Of a stretch of DNA of 64,000 bases, positions 9,501 through 22,800 are shown one piece after another; the first letter of the stretch is position 1, and each line of letters begins with the position of its first letter. The stretch lies in contig OZ360224.1 in the NCBI GenBank assembly GCA_977017645.1, positions 207,514,001 through 207,578,000 on the forward strand. The letters run 5' to 3'. This DNA is from Torpedo marmorata. Taxonomy: Eukaryota. The notes under the pieces were generated by a model, which was not told the origin of the DNA, ran no database searches, and saw only the letters and a program-made list of their open reading frames with translations. The position numbers and the translations under genes are program-made.

Positions 9501-11602
9501 AGAGATGAACTCCATCCCGGGGAGAGATGAACTCCATCCCGGGGAGAGATGAACTCCATCCCGGGGAGAGATGAACTCCATCCCGGGGAGAGATGAACTC
9601 CATCCCGGGGAGAGGTGAACTCCATCCCGGGGAGAGATGAACTCCATCCCGGGGAGAGGTGAACTCCATCCCGGGGAGAGATGAACTCCAACCCGGGGAG
9701 AGGTGAACTCCATCCCGGGGAGAGGTGAACTCCATCCCGGGGAGAGATGAACTCCATCCCGGGGAGAGATGAACTCCATCCCGGGGAGAGGTGAACTCCA
9801 TCCCGGGGAGAGGTGAACTCCATCCCGGGGAGAGGTGAACTCCATCCCGGGGAGAGGTGAACTCCATCCCGGGGAGAGATGAACTCCATCCCGGGGAGAG
9901 ATGAACTCCATCCCGGGGAGTGGTGAACTCCATCCCGGGGAGAGATGAACTCCATCCCGGGGAGAGGTGAACTCCATCCCGGGGAGAGGTGAACTCCATC
10001 CCGGGGAGAGGTGAACTCCATCCCGGGGAGAGATGAACTCCATCCCGGGGATTGGTGAACTCCATCCCGGGGAGAGATGAACTCCATCCCGGGGAGAGAT
10101 GAACTCCATCCCGGGGAGAGGTGAACTCCATCCCGGGGAGAGGTGAACTCCATCCCGGGGAGAGATGAACTCCATCCCGGGGAGAGATGAACTCCATCCC
10201 GGGGAGAGGTGAACTCCATCCCGGGGAGAGATGAACTCCATCCCGGGGAGAGGTGAACTCCATCCCGGGGAGAGATGAACTCCATCCCGGGGAGAGATGA
10301 ACTCCAACCCGGGGAGAGATGAACTCCATCCCGGGGAGAGGTGAACTCCATCCCGGGGAGAGATGAACTCCATCCCGGGGAGAGATGAACTCCATCCCGG
10401 GGAGAGATGAACTCCATCCCGGGGAGAGATGAACTCCATCCCGGGGAGAGGTGAACTCCATCCCGGGGAGAGATGAACTCCATCCCGGGGAGAGATGAAC
10501 TCCATCCCGGGGAGAGATGAACTCCATCCCGGGGAGAGGTGAACTCCATCCCGGGGAGAGATGAACTCCATCCCGGGGAGAGATGAACTCCATCCCGGGG
10601 AGAGATGAACTCCAACCCGGGGAGAGATGAACTCCATCCCGGGGAGAGGTGAACTCCATCCCGGGGAGAGGTGAACTCCATCCCGGGGAGAGATGAACTC
10701 CATCCCGGGGAGAGATGAACTCCATCCCGGGGAGAGGTGAACTCCAACCCGGGGAGAGGTGAACTCCATCCCGGGGAGAGATGAACTCCATCCCGGGGAG
10801 AGATGAACTCCATCCCGGGGAGAGATGAACTCCAACCCGGGGAGAGGTGAACTCCATCCCGGGGAGAGGTGAACTCCATCCCGGGGAGAGGTGAACTCCA
10901 TCCCGGGGAGAGGTGAACTCCATCCCGGGGAGAGATGAACTCCATCCCGGGGAGAGGTGAACTCCATCCCGGGGAGAGATGAACTCCATCCCGGGGAGAG
11001 ATGAACTCCATCCCGGGGAGAGGTGAACTCCATCCCGGGGAGAGGTGAACTCCATCCCGGGGAGAGGTGAACTCCATCCCGGGGAGAGATGAACTCCATC
11101 CCGGGGAGAGATGAACTCCATCCCGGGGAGAGGTGAACTCCATCCCGGGGATTGGTGAACTCCATCCCGGGGAGAGATGAACTCCAACCCGGGGAGAGAT
11201 GAACTCCATCCCGGGGATTGGTGAACTCCATCCCGGGGAGAGATGAACTCCATCCCGGGGAGAGATGAACTCCATCCCGGGGAGAGGTGAACTCCATCCT
11301 GGGGAGAGATGAACTCCATCCCGGGGAGAGGTGAACTCCATCCCGGGGAGAGATGAACTCCATCCCGGGGAGAGGTGAACTCCATCCCGGGGAGAGGTGA
11401 ACTCCATCCCGGGGAGAGATGAACTCCATCCCGGGGAGAGATGAACTCTAACCCGGGGAGAGATGAACTCCATCCCGGGGAGAGATGAACTCCATCCCGG
11501 GGAGAGATGAACTCCATCCCGGGGAGAGATGAACTCCATCCCGGGGAGAGGTGAACTCCATCCCGGGGAGAGGTGAACTCCATCCCGGGGAGAGGTGAAC
11601 TT
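6573..11602. repeat. 22-bp tandem satellite/minisatellite, consensus GGGGAGAG(A/G)TGAACTCCATCCC, about 228 units
   Basis: Direct reading of uninterrupted 22-bp periodicity with a few recurrent variants. Confidence 0.98.
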
Positions 11603-12103
11603 CAACCTGTGGAGAGGTCAACCCCTCCCTGGGGAGCTGCTCCATCCAAAGCAGGAGAAGACACCCTCAGCAACCAGCAAATCCACCCTTATTCACCCTG
11701 CCAATCTCCGAAATACTTGGCGAAATGTTCACCCTAACCCGGGGAAATGCCCCGTTTCCAAGGCACAATTGCAATATCGGCACCCACACCCAGCGTCGAA
11801 TCCAACTCCTGTCTGGCCTTCCGCAGCGATGCCACAGTGGCTAGTGTCAATAATTTCTCACCAATGTACTGCCTGCAAACCAAGAGCAGCCGGAAATTCA
11901 CCCCCATATTTATGAATAACACCTGCATTCTTTTCTGTAATTACCATATAAATAGAAAGGAAATTCGAATGGACAAATCATGAAACATCATGGCCCAGGC
12001 AAATCATGATCCAACCCATGCGGACTCATTTATTAATGAACTTAGTGTAACTTATTAACTAACTTTGTCCATGCAACTCATGATCCAACTCTGTTCAGGA
12101 AAG

Positions 12104-12495
12104 GAAGTAAAACACAAAAGTCTGCAGACACCGTGGTTGAAGTAAAAACACAAAATGCTGGAGAAGCTCAGCTGGTCAACCTGTGTACTTTATATAGCAA
12201 AGGTATAGATACATAACCAACGTTTCGGGCTTGAACCCTTCATCAAGGTATGGAAAAATGTCGGCAGGTGCCCAAACAGAATGGTAGAGGGGAGGGGTAG
12301 GGGGAGGAGTACGGTCCCAAAGGCAGGAGGGGTTATGTGGATAAGGGAGGGAGGACACAACAGCAGGCAGGGCAAGGAGGGATGGCTCTGTGAATAGAGA
12401 GGGAAGGGGGGTGGAGAGCTGGAGGAACGAAGACAAAGAGAAAGGGAAGGGAGGGAGATGGAGAGTAGGCTCGCAGAAACCGGAGAAACTCACCA
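12104..12495 (-). mobile_element. Penelope-like element 3' terminus (pLTR)
   Basis: Homologous to the end of the GIY-YIG element at 34495-34850. Confidence 0.8.
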
Positions 12496-13379
12496 TCGTG
12501 ATCACACAACTTTAGTAAAGGCATGTGGGAGTCCTTGTGTTTGAGAAGTGCTCACTGATAAATGTTGCTGTGATTTCTGTCTGTCCTGCCCATTAGGTTT
12601 TACTGCATCTTTAATTTCAACAAAGCCTCAGATTTGAGTGCACAATCTAGGCAGACACTTCAAAGCAACCCAAAGGGAGTATTGCAACTCTAAAGGCATC
12701 ATTTTTCAGATGAGATGTAAAGCCAAGGCAAATGAAAAAAAAAAATGTTTCAATGACAATCAGGAAGTTCTTGAGATATCTTCAGTAGAAGTATCAAGCA
12801 AGTGTAGAACATTGAACAGCACCGAAAACAGAGCTTGGGTTCACTGTGAAGATCTTACACTGGGCCTCTTGTGGGTGATGTAGGGAGCACACCTTCCTTG
12901 TGCTTTCTACACGTTATCTTTCTCCCTGGCTGCACACTTTGGTTGGGGACAAATGTATTTGCTGCCACGAGTGACTCCTGGCCCACAATGCTTAAAGTTT
13001 GTTGTCAGCTTGTCAAGTGAAGGTGTATTGTCATTTCTGTATGAGAAGATAAATGTTTTCAGGAGGAAGAAAAAGGGAAAAGATGCAGAGGGATTTCAAG
13101 AGAGACCTCGGGCCCAGGCAACTAAAAGGTATAGCTGCTAAGGACAGATTAATTCATGTCACGAGAGGCCAGAGTGTTATGGAGCTGGAGTAGATCACAT
13201 TGACAGGGACTAGTGAGGTAATGAGAGGTTTTGCAAGGTCAAATAGTCAGAGTCATACTGAGTCAGGCACAAAAACAAGTCCACCATATCTACAGCACTT
13301 ATCTGCACTCGTCCTATTACATTAAATCTGTAGCCTTCTCCGTCATGGTTATTTTAAACCTTGTCTGGATGTATTTTCA

Positions 13380-14140
13380 GCCTACTGTAAAAAGTGCAGG
13401 AAAAATTCACCGGGACGTTGTCAGGATTAGAGCATTCATTTTTAGGAAGAGAATGAGTGAAGGAGGCTTAGGGATAACTTGATAGAGATAAATAAGATTA
13501 AGTGAGGCATGGAGACAGTCAAAATATTTCTCCCACTTTAAGACAAGGTAAGCACTGGTTTAAAGTGGGAGGTGGGGGTGGAGGGTTAGAGGGGATCTGA
13601 AGAGATTTTTTTTTTTACCCAAAGGATGGCTGGATTCTGGAAATCCACTGCTTGGAGAAGTACTGGAGGCAGGCATTCCTGCAACATTTAAAAAAAATAA
13701 CAGTGAGAAGGTACATATTTGAGGTTAATTATCAGGAAATGCAGGAACTGAGTTACAGAGAAATGTTAAACAGGTTAGGACTTTATTCCCTGGAGCGTAG
13801 AATAATGAGTGGAGATTTGACAGAGGTGTACACAATTATGATGGGTATAGATTAGGTGAGATTAAAAAAAAATATAGAGGACATGGGTTAAGGGAGAAAA
13901 GGAACATCAGGGGGAATTTATTCCTCCTGCAGAGCGTGGTGGGAGTGTGAAACTACCAGCTGAATTGATGGTTGCAGGCTCAATTTTGACATTTATGAAA
14001 AATTTGGAAGGTACATGGATGAGAGTTATATGGAGGGATATGGTCTGTGTGTAGGTCAGTAGGACTAGGCCGTATAATAGTTCAGCACAGATTAGAAGAG
14101 CCTTAGGGTCTGTTTATGTGCTGTTGTGTTCTATGATTCA
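13380..14140 (+). mobile_element. Degenerate CR1 LINE 3' fragments
   Basis: LSYREMLNRLGLYSLERRIMSGDLTEVY motif and a CR1-type 3' end; boundaries approximate. Confidence 0.7.
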
Positions 14141-14729
14141 GACTTAGGGTTAGGGTTAGATGCTGACATTGATAGCGAGAGGGGTGGTAGCACAGAGACA
14201 TGTTTTGAACATAATCGGATGCCGGGAGGAAGTGAATAATTGCAGCCACAGGGCCCAGAGTACAGTGGTAGAAGGCTGTAGGGAAAGCTGCGGAATGCAC
14301 CGAAGAGGCAGGGAAGTGCAGATGTTTCCAAGCCTGGTCTCTGCAGGTTAGCATCTAGTTAGACGAAATGTGAAGGTCCACTTCCCTGCCTCCAGAAGTA
14401 GACATATGAGCATACGTTTAAGGCATTTGAACAAGTACATGGAAAGGAAAGGTTTAGAGACATATGGGCTGAACGTGGGCAATGGGAGTAACATGGGTAG
14501 ACATTTGGTCAGCATGGACAAGCTGGGCTGAAGGGCCTGTTTCCATACTGTAAAACTCCCAGCCACTTGACGCGAGTCCTGACCTCCTAAGTGGGTCTCG
14601 TACATCCAGAATTCAGAACATTACAGCACAGTACAGGCCCTTCAGCCCATACAAACCTACTCCACAACAATCTAATCCTTCTTACCTCACCCATAACCCT
14701 CTATTTTTCTTAGATTCATACAGGCTTCT

Positions 14730-16070
14730 TAAGGATAGGATCTATGAACATTTAGAGAAGTACAGTCTACTCAAGGATAGTCAGCATGGCTTTGTGAAGG
14801 GTAGGTCGTACCTCACGAGTCTAATTGAGTTTTTTGAGGAGATAACAAGAAATCTATGAGGGTAGGGCGATAAGTGTGGTCTATATAGATTTTAATAAGG
14901 CATTTAACAAGATTCCCCGTGCGAGACTTGTTCAGAAAGTCATGAGGCATGTGATCTATGAAACCTTGGCTGTGTGGATAAAAAATTGGCTTGCATGTAG
15001 AAAGAAGAGAGTAGTAGTGGAAGGAAAGTATTCTGCCTGGAGGTCAGTGACGAGTGGAATTCTGCAAGGATCTGTTCAGAGACCCTTGCGCTTTGTGATC
15101 TTTATAAATGATAAAGATAAAGAAGCAGAAGGATGGGTCAGTAAGTATGCGGATGTTACGAAGGTTGGAGGAGTTGTGGATGGAGCTGAAGGTTGTCGTA
15201 GGTTACAAAAGGATATAGACAGGATGCAGAGTTGGGTGGAAAGGTGGCAGATGGAGTTCAATCCGGATAAATGTGAGGTGATGCATTTTGGAAGGACAAA
15301 CCAGAAGGCTGAGTACAGGGTTAATGGTCGGTCACTTAAGAGAGTGGATGAAGAGAGGGATATTGTGGTCCATATCCATACATCCCTCAAGGTCACGGCA
15401 CACGTTGATAGAATAGTTAAGAAGACCTATGGGATGCTGGGCTTCATTAATAAGGGGATTGAGTTCAGGAGTCGAGAGGTCATGTTGCAACTCTACAAAT
15501 CTCTGGTGAGACCACACTTAGAGTATTGTGTTCAGTTCTGGTCACCTCATTATATGAAGGATGTGGAAGCTATGGAGAGGGTGCAGAGGAGATTTACCAG
15601 GATGTTGCCTGGATTAGAAAATAAGTCTTATAAGGCAAGGTTAACAGAGCTGGGCCGTTTCTCTTCAGAGCGAAGAAGGATGAGAGGAGACTTAATAGAG
15701 GTCTACAAGATTATGAAAGGCATAGATAGGGTGGACAGCCAGCACCTGTTTCCCATGGCAGAAATAGCAAACACCAGAGGACATATGTACAAAGTGAAGG
15801 GAGGGAAGTTTAGGGGAGACATCAGGGGTAAGTTTTTTTACACAGAGAGTTGTGGGTGCCTGGAATGCCTTGCCAGGGATGGTGGTGGAGGCTGAAACAT
15901 TAGAATCATTTAAGCGACTTAGACAGGCACATGGATGGAAGAAAAATAGAGTGTTACAGGGTAGGGAGGATTTAGTATTTTCTTAAGGAATATATGGGTC
16001 AGCACAACATTGAGGGCTGAAGGGCCTGTACTGTGCTGCAGTGTTCTGCGTTCTATGTCTATGTTCTATG
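14730..16070 (+). mobile_element. 5'-truncated CR1 LINE (RT ORF remnant 14876-15895)
   Basis: YIDFNKAF, SKYADVTK, VRPHLEYCVQFWSP, ERRRMRGDLIEVYK, and an (TTCTATG)-type tail. Confidence 0.92.
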
Positions 16071-16820
16071 TGCCTATCTCAGACTCTTTTGAATGTCTCT
16101 ATTATACCAGCCTCCACCACCACCCCTGGCAATGGATTTCAGACACCCACTACTCTTGGTGTTAAAGAAAAACTTGACTCTGACATCTCCCCAAGACTTT
16201 CCTCCACTCACCTTTAGCAGATGTCTTCTGGTATTTGCTATTGTCACCTCAGGAAAAAGATGCTGCCTGTCCACCTTATCTAAACCCCTTATAATCTTAT
16301 TTACCGCACATCCTTCGTCGCTGCAAAGAGAAAAGCCCTAGCTCGTCAACCTTGCTTCATAAGACATTTTCTCCAATCCAGGTAACATTCCGGTAAATCT
16401 TCTCGGCACCCTCTCCAAAGCATTTACATCCTTCATGTAATGAGGTGATGAGGAATGAACGCAATACACCAACTATGTCTAACCAGAGTGTTATAGAGCT
16501 GCAACATTACCTCGAGTCTCCTGAATTCAATCCTTCGACTATTGAAGACCAACACACCATGTACCATCTTAACCTCCCGATCAACTTACGTACAACCTTA
16601 AGGGATCTATGGACCTTAACCCCAAGAACTCATCTGTTCCTCCACGCAGTTAAGGATCCTGCCATTAACAACGTATTCTGCCTTCAAGTTCGACCTTCCA
16701 GAGTGCATCACTTCACACTTATCTGGATTGAACTCCATCTGCCTCTTCTCTGCCCAACTCTGCATCCTGTCCATATCCTGTTGTAACTTATGGCAACCTT
16801 CCACACAATCTACAATATCT
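16071..16820 (-). mobile_element. Degenerate CR1 LINE fragment
   Basis: LQQDMDRMQSWAEKRQMEFNPDKCEVMH on the minus strand. Confidence 0.85.
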
Positions 16821-17354
16821 CCATTCCTTCTCTCTATCTCCATATATTTCTCTTGTTCCCTCTTTATCAACCTCATTAATACTTCTCTATTTTATTGCTG
16901 TTACTGAACCTCTTTGGCTCTAATTTGTCCTCCTCCGCAGTGCTCCCTCCAGTTACCCAACTGAGCACACTGAAGCTGCAAGCTCCAACCCATTGTCACT
17001 GCAATTGCAGATGGCATGTTGCATTAAACAGCTCCTGTCTTGTCAGGCAAAGAATTGCTGGAGGAACTCAACAACTCAGATGGATGGATCCATGGATTCT
17101 ATCCATGGATAGAAAGGGTCAGTCAATGTTTCACGGTGAAACTCTTCGTCAGGACTAAGATAAACAGTTACAATAACACATATAGAGGGGGAAGAAGCTG
17201 GGGGAGGATTACTGAGATTGGAGACAGACATTGTGATGAGGGAAATTTTTAGTGGGCCAAAAGGCAATAGCCACATTAGACAAAACTCATTTCAGTAAAA
17301 AGAGAGAAATCGATAAGCAGCTGAAAGAATAGGTTTGCTGCATTTGTTTCATCT

Positions 17355-17590
17355 AGATACAGCATGGTAACAGACCCTTCCAGCACACACCACCCAAATA
17401 GACCTGTTTGACCAATTAACCTACCAACCCCGTACGATTTTGGAAGGTGGGAGGATACTGGAGCACACGGTCGAAACCCATGCAGGTCACAGAGAGAACA
17501 TACAAACTCCTTGCAGACAGCGCTGGATTAGATCCCGGGTCGCTGGCGCTGTAATAGCATTGAATTAACTGATACACTCACCGTGCCACC
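17355..17590 (-). mobile_element. tRNA-derived V-SINE (HE1-like)
   Basis: Reverse complement of the SINE at 51409-51685. Confidence 0.75.
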
Positions 17591-17804
17591 CCTAAAATTA
17601 GATAATTTTAGTTTTTCATTTTCATACTTTTGTCATCGAAGAAGTTCATTCAGTTCATTGAGTCTCTGTCGGTTGCCAAACCAACCCATTCCTCAAATTG
17701 CTTCCCTGGAGCCTATTCTTTCTCACATGCTTGCTTACACATCACTAATTCCCCCACCAGCCACAACCGTGAAGGAAAACTTACAGTCAGCAATTAACCC
17801 AAGA

Positions 17805-17933
17805 TTAGTAGGGGTGGGAGGGTTAGGGAGGGTGGGGGGGGAGAAAATGTATCGCATGTATTTTGATAATTTTGCATTTTATACAGTGTATTGTGTGATT
17901 TAAAATTTTTAAATAAAATATTTTTTTAAAAAA
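17805..17933 (+). mobile_element. Short 5'-truncated L1-type 3' end with A-rich tail
   Basis: G-rich tract, AATAAA and an A tail, flanked by 16-bp TSD AGCAATTAACCCAAGA (17789-17804 and 17934-17949). Confidence 0.75.
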
Positions 17934-18639
17934 AGCAATTAACCCAAGAAGCCGGCCATCTCTGGGTCACGGGAACACTCTGACGAAGTCACAGGGAGAA
18001 CGTGTAAACTCGACACAGACAGCAGCCAAGGTCTGAAGCATAGCCAGGTGGCCGGAACAATAAATAAGAAACCATCCCACAACACTCGATCAGTTGCTGT
18101 AACAACTGAGAAGGTTCGCATTCTCGACCGCTGTGCAGAGGAAGGGAGGAACAAGGGCTGCATTTTCAGCGCAAAGGTCAAGCTGCACCCCAGAGCGTGG
18201 AAAAATACAGGGCTTTTTCTTTCTTTCCAAGTGGTGGTGGGATTAACAACACTCAGCATTATTTTATATGTAATAGGACAATGAGCTTTGAGGAAATTGC
18301 TGAATGAGAAGGGCACAGAGTGGCTGCCTAAAGCGTGCTCCAGACATTCAGCATTGCCATGAAGGCACTGTGCTCTCTGTCTGGACATTGACATACATCC
18401 ACCATTGTGAAATTGTGTTTACCATATACCCTGGAATTAAAAGTTCTGCCCTTTCAATCACATGATAAGGATTAATGTTTGGCAACCAATCTCTGCACCA
18501 TTGGCATTTCACACTTGGGTCTGATTTCTCAGCTTTTGAATGATACAAGGGAATATTAATGAAAAGAAAAAAAACCATTACATTTATTTAATGTCTGTTC
18601 TGTCACTTTTAGAAAACCACAATATATTTTAGACAGTGA

Positions 18640-18990
18640 ATCATTCAAGGTTCCTTCATTGTCATGTACTGAAATACATAAGATGTGTTCACATTTGTCT
18701 GCCCGTAAAGTCACACAAAGAAGATCCATTAGTCCGGCATTCCCACCAAGAAAGGAAAGAGAAGCAAGAGAGAGAAAGGAAATCCCCTCAGAGACGTCAT
18801 GTGTCCATGGATCCCGCCACCTCCTCCTATACCGCCTGCCTCCTGCACCCCCGTAACTCCATAACCGCACGGCCTCCTGACCGGTCCAGTGAACCTGAGC
18901 TCCAGTTGTCTGAGTCACCCTCTTCAGCCCTTGGTTTCCATCCCCCGATACAATCATCAAGCTGTCAGCGCCCGAGTCCCTTTGAAAATC
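18640..18990 (-). repeat. Unclassified retroposon-like repeat related to 60766-61600
   Basis: Shared terminus TTCAAG...ATTGTCATG; boundaries approximate. Confidence 0.4.
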
Positions 18991-19868
18991 ATTGAAACAT
19001 AGGACCGTAGAATTGTACAGCATAGACACAGGGTGTTCGGACCAAGCCATCCAGGACCTGCAGGAATCCTTCCATACTAATACCCTCTCCCAGCATTAGT
19101 CCACCGCCATCTATGTGCAAGCAATTCAAGCGTTCATTTCTTAACCAAGCCTGCCAGTGACCCAGCTGCAGCAAGTAAGAATTTTGGTCCATATTGTTAT
19201 GGACCATGACTGACCATTTGGACTGTGGACGGTCAGCAGGAAGAATGAAGTCTTTTGGAGTACAAACTTGGACCTGGTACTGAAAGAGTTTACTTGCCCA
19301 GGACTTCTTGTATTTACCAGAGAGAGACACCAATGGGGAGACAGACTGTGAAAAGATACACTTGGTTGTTGGACTTTTGAAAAAGGCAGGTGAAGACCTC
19401 TGCAGGAAGGCCAAAGTTCAGTCGTGGAAAATTGAATCAGTGGCAGTTTTGGAGTTGCAAAGGCAGGAGAACTCAGCAGGATCCAGGCTTGTGCATCCCA
19501 GAGAAAAGGTTGGGAGAAGAACACAGAGCCTTCTGAATCAGAAAAAAATCCAGGCATGTGCATCCCAGGGGAAAAGGTTGGGACCAAAAACAAGGACTTG
19601 GTGATTTGGCAAAATCCTGAGTTGAAAGCAGCTTTTGTGAAGAACAGGCGTGAGATCAGCGAGACAGGCTGTGAGATCCAAGTACACGCTTTTTGCATTG
19701 CGTCTTCTGTTGTTGCTGGTTTGAATTTGTAACAAAATTGGGGGCTCGTCCTTGGATTTGAATCAAAATTTATCTTGGTAATTGAAGGAATCCCAGTCTG
19801 GTTTAAGACATTCCTTTTGTAAAGCTAATTAAAAAGCTAGTGTGTGTGTAACGAAAAACAAGCAACAA

Positions 19869-22800
19869 TGGATGTAGGAAAATTTTTGGAATCACCTGAA
19901 ACTGATACTTTAAAAAAGACGAAAAAGGAACAGTTAGTGGCTATAGCAACAGAGTTGGGCATTGCTTCAGTAAAACCATCTATGAAAAAGGAAGATATTG
20001 GGAGAAAAATTGTCAAATACTATATAAAAGAAAAAAAGTTTGAGGAGAGCGTGTTAGAGCAGTTTCCCAAGGGTTAACCTTCTGAAAACATACAGTTGGA
20101 ACTAAAGAAATTGGAATTGGAACAAAAGAGGTTAGACTTGGAGGTAGCCAAGGAACAAAAGAAAATAGACACGGAATTGGAAGAAAAGAGATTAGACTTA
20201 GAGAACGAGGAGAAAAATAGGATATATGAGCTGGAAAAGATGAGGTTGGGAAATGAGAGGAGACAAGAAGAGCACCAAGATCAAATTTGTCATCCTGCTG
20301 AGGGGTTTTTGGCTAGTAGAGAAGTTATGTTGGTTCCTCCATTTGAGGAGGCAGAAATAGATAAGTACTTTCAGCATTTTGAGAAGGTGGCTGTGAAATT
20401 AAAATGGCCACAAGACCAATGGTCTCTTATGTTACAAAGTGTAATAAAAGGAAAAGCTCAGCAAGCTTATTCTATTCTTACCATGGAGCAAGCTGCTGAT
20501 TATGAAACAGTGAAAAAGGCTATACTCCAGGCTTATGAGTTCGTTCAAGAGGCTGATAGACAGAAGTTTAGAAATTTAAAAAGATCAGCAACCCAATCTT
20601 ACACAGAGTTTGCCTATGAAAAGGTTGTGTGTTTTGACCGGTGGTGCACATCTCAGGCGGTAAACAATGATTACAATCAATTGAGAGAATTGATAATAAT
20701 TGAGGAGATAAAACGGTGTGTTCCTGAGGATATTAAGGCATACTTAGATGAAAAGGAGGTTAAAACTTGGCAAAATTCAGCTAAGTTAGCAGATGAATAT
20801 GCTTTAACCCACAAGCCTAAGTGGACGTCAGGCAGAATTTTCCAAAAGGTCAATGTGGATAATCCCGAGCAAGTGGAAAGTAAATTTGGAAGTGGTGTTA
20901 AGGAGAAAGATGAAAGAAAGTGGAAAAGGGAAAATCCTTCGGGTCCCATTTGCCACTACTGTAGGAAGGCTGGTCATATGCTAGCAAGCTGTCCAGTGTT
21001 GAAAAAGAAGAGAGAAAAGGATGCAACACCTAATGCTTGTATTCAGAGTGAGAAAAGGCATAACACCCAGGAAGGAAATAAATTTACTGACAATGTTAGG
21101 GATGTATTTAAACCTTTTGTGACTGATGGTTTTGTTTCAGTTAAGGCAGGATCAAAACAAGTTCCAGTGAAAATCTTGCGAGATACTGGAGCTGCTCAGT
21201 CACTTGTGTTAGATAGTGTCTTGGAATTTTGTGAAGCTACTGACACCGGTGACATGAATTTAATTAAAGGAATTGGGGGTGATGTTGAGTCCATTAATTT
21301 GCACAAAATAGTGTTGGACTCAGACTTGGTGGAAGGACCTGTTATAATAGGAGTGAGATCAGAGTTGCCAGTAGAAGGAGTCTCACTGTTGCTAGGCAAT
21401 GACTTGGCCAACGGTAAAGTAGTTCTTGCAGTGCGAATGACCACTAAGCCAGTCAGTGATAAGTCAGAGAAAGACTCTGATATTTATCCGGCACGTGCCA
21501 TAACCAGGGCCATGTCTAAGAAAAATGTCACTGTAGAGAAGGCAGTGGAAAATAAATTGGTGAAAGAAAAAGTCAGTGACAATCAAGAACACCTGGAAAA
21601 GGTTGAGCAATCTCCTGTGTTACACCCATCCACTGATAAGACAACTAAAGGCACAGATTTGTCACTATCCCGACAGGAGTTAATAGCAAGGCAAAATAAC
21701 GATCCTGATCTTGCTGAGGTGAGGGATAAGGTTCTCTCTGAAGAGGAGATTAAAAAGGTGCCAGTGGGTTATTATGAAAAAGATGGGGTGTTGATGAGAA
21801 AGTGGAGACCATGTGATGTTCCTGCCAATGAAGAATGGGCAGTAGTGCAGCAGATTGTGATCCCTAAAGTATATAGGGATGCAATAATAACTTTGGCTCA
21901 TAGCACACCATTAGGTGGTCACCTTGTGGTGAAGAAAACTATAAGGAAGATAATGAAACAAATTTATTGGCCCAGTTTGAGAAGGGAGGTTGTAAGCTTT
22001 TGCCGGGCCTGTCACACTTGTCAGGTGGTGGGTAAACCTAATCAGGGTCCCCCGGTGGCACCCTTGCAACCTATCCCTGCTTTCAGTGAGCCTTTCTCGA
22101 GAGTGATTGTGGACTGTCTTGGCCCATTGCCCAAAACCAAAGCGGGGAATGAGTATTTGTTAACAATTATTTGTGCAGCCACCAGATTTCCAGAAACATT
22201 AAAGCAAAGTCAATTGTAAAGGCTATGGTAAAGTTTTTCACCTTGGTAGGTTTGCCAAGGGAAATTCAGTCAGATTAGGGCAGTAATTTCATGACAGGCG
22301 TTTTCCAACAAGTGGTTGATGGACTGGGAGTTAAACAGATTGTATCCTCTGCGTACCATCCAGAAAGTCAAGGGGACTTGGAGAGGTTCCATTCGACTTT
22401 GAAAAACATGATTAGAACCTATTGTCATGAGAAAGAAAAGGATTGGGATGAGGGGGTTCATTTGTTGTTATTTGCAGCGAGGGAGTCTGTCCAAGAATCA
22501 CTTGGTTTTAGTCCATTCGAGTTAGTTTTCGGACATGAGGTGAGAGGTCCTTTAAGATTATTAAAAGAACAGTGGATTAATAGTGATGTGCATTTAAATC
22601 TGTTAGATTATGTTTCCAAATTTAAGGATCGGTTGCATAGGGCTTGTGAGATGGCAAAGGAGACTTTAAAGGCCACTCAACAGAGAATGAAGGTTTGGTA
22701 TGATCGAAAGGCCAAGATGAGAACTTTTAAACCTGGTGAGAATGTATTAGTTCTGTTTCCCATCCATTCAAATCTTCTTAGGGCTAGATTTTGAGGACCC

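Noticed and set aside
6573-11602. CRISPR-like array
   Set aside because: No unique spacers, no cas genes, eukaryotic context.
6511-11645. Very long minus-strand ORFs (up to 1619 aa, MEFISPRDGVHLSPGWSS repeats)
   Set aside because: A stop-free 22-bp unit gives the same peptide in all three frames. There is no unique N- or C-terminal domain and no frame preference, so this is an artefact of the satellite.
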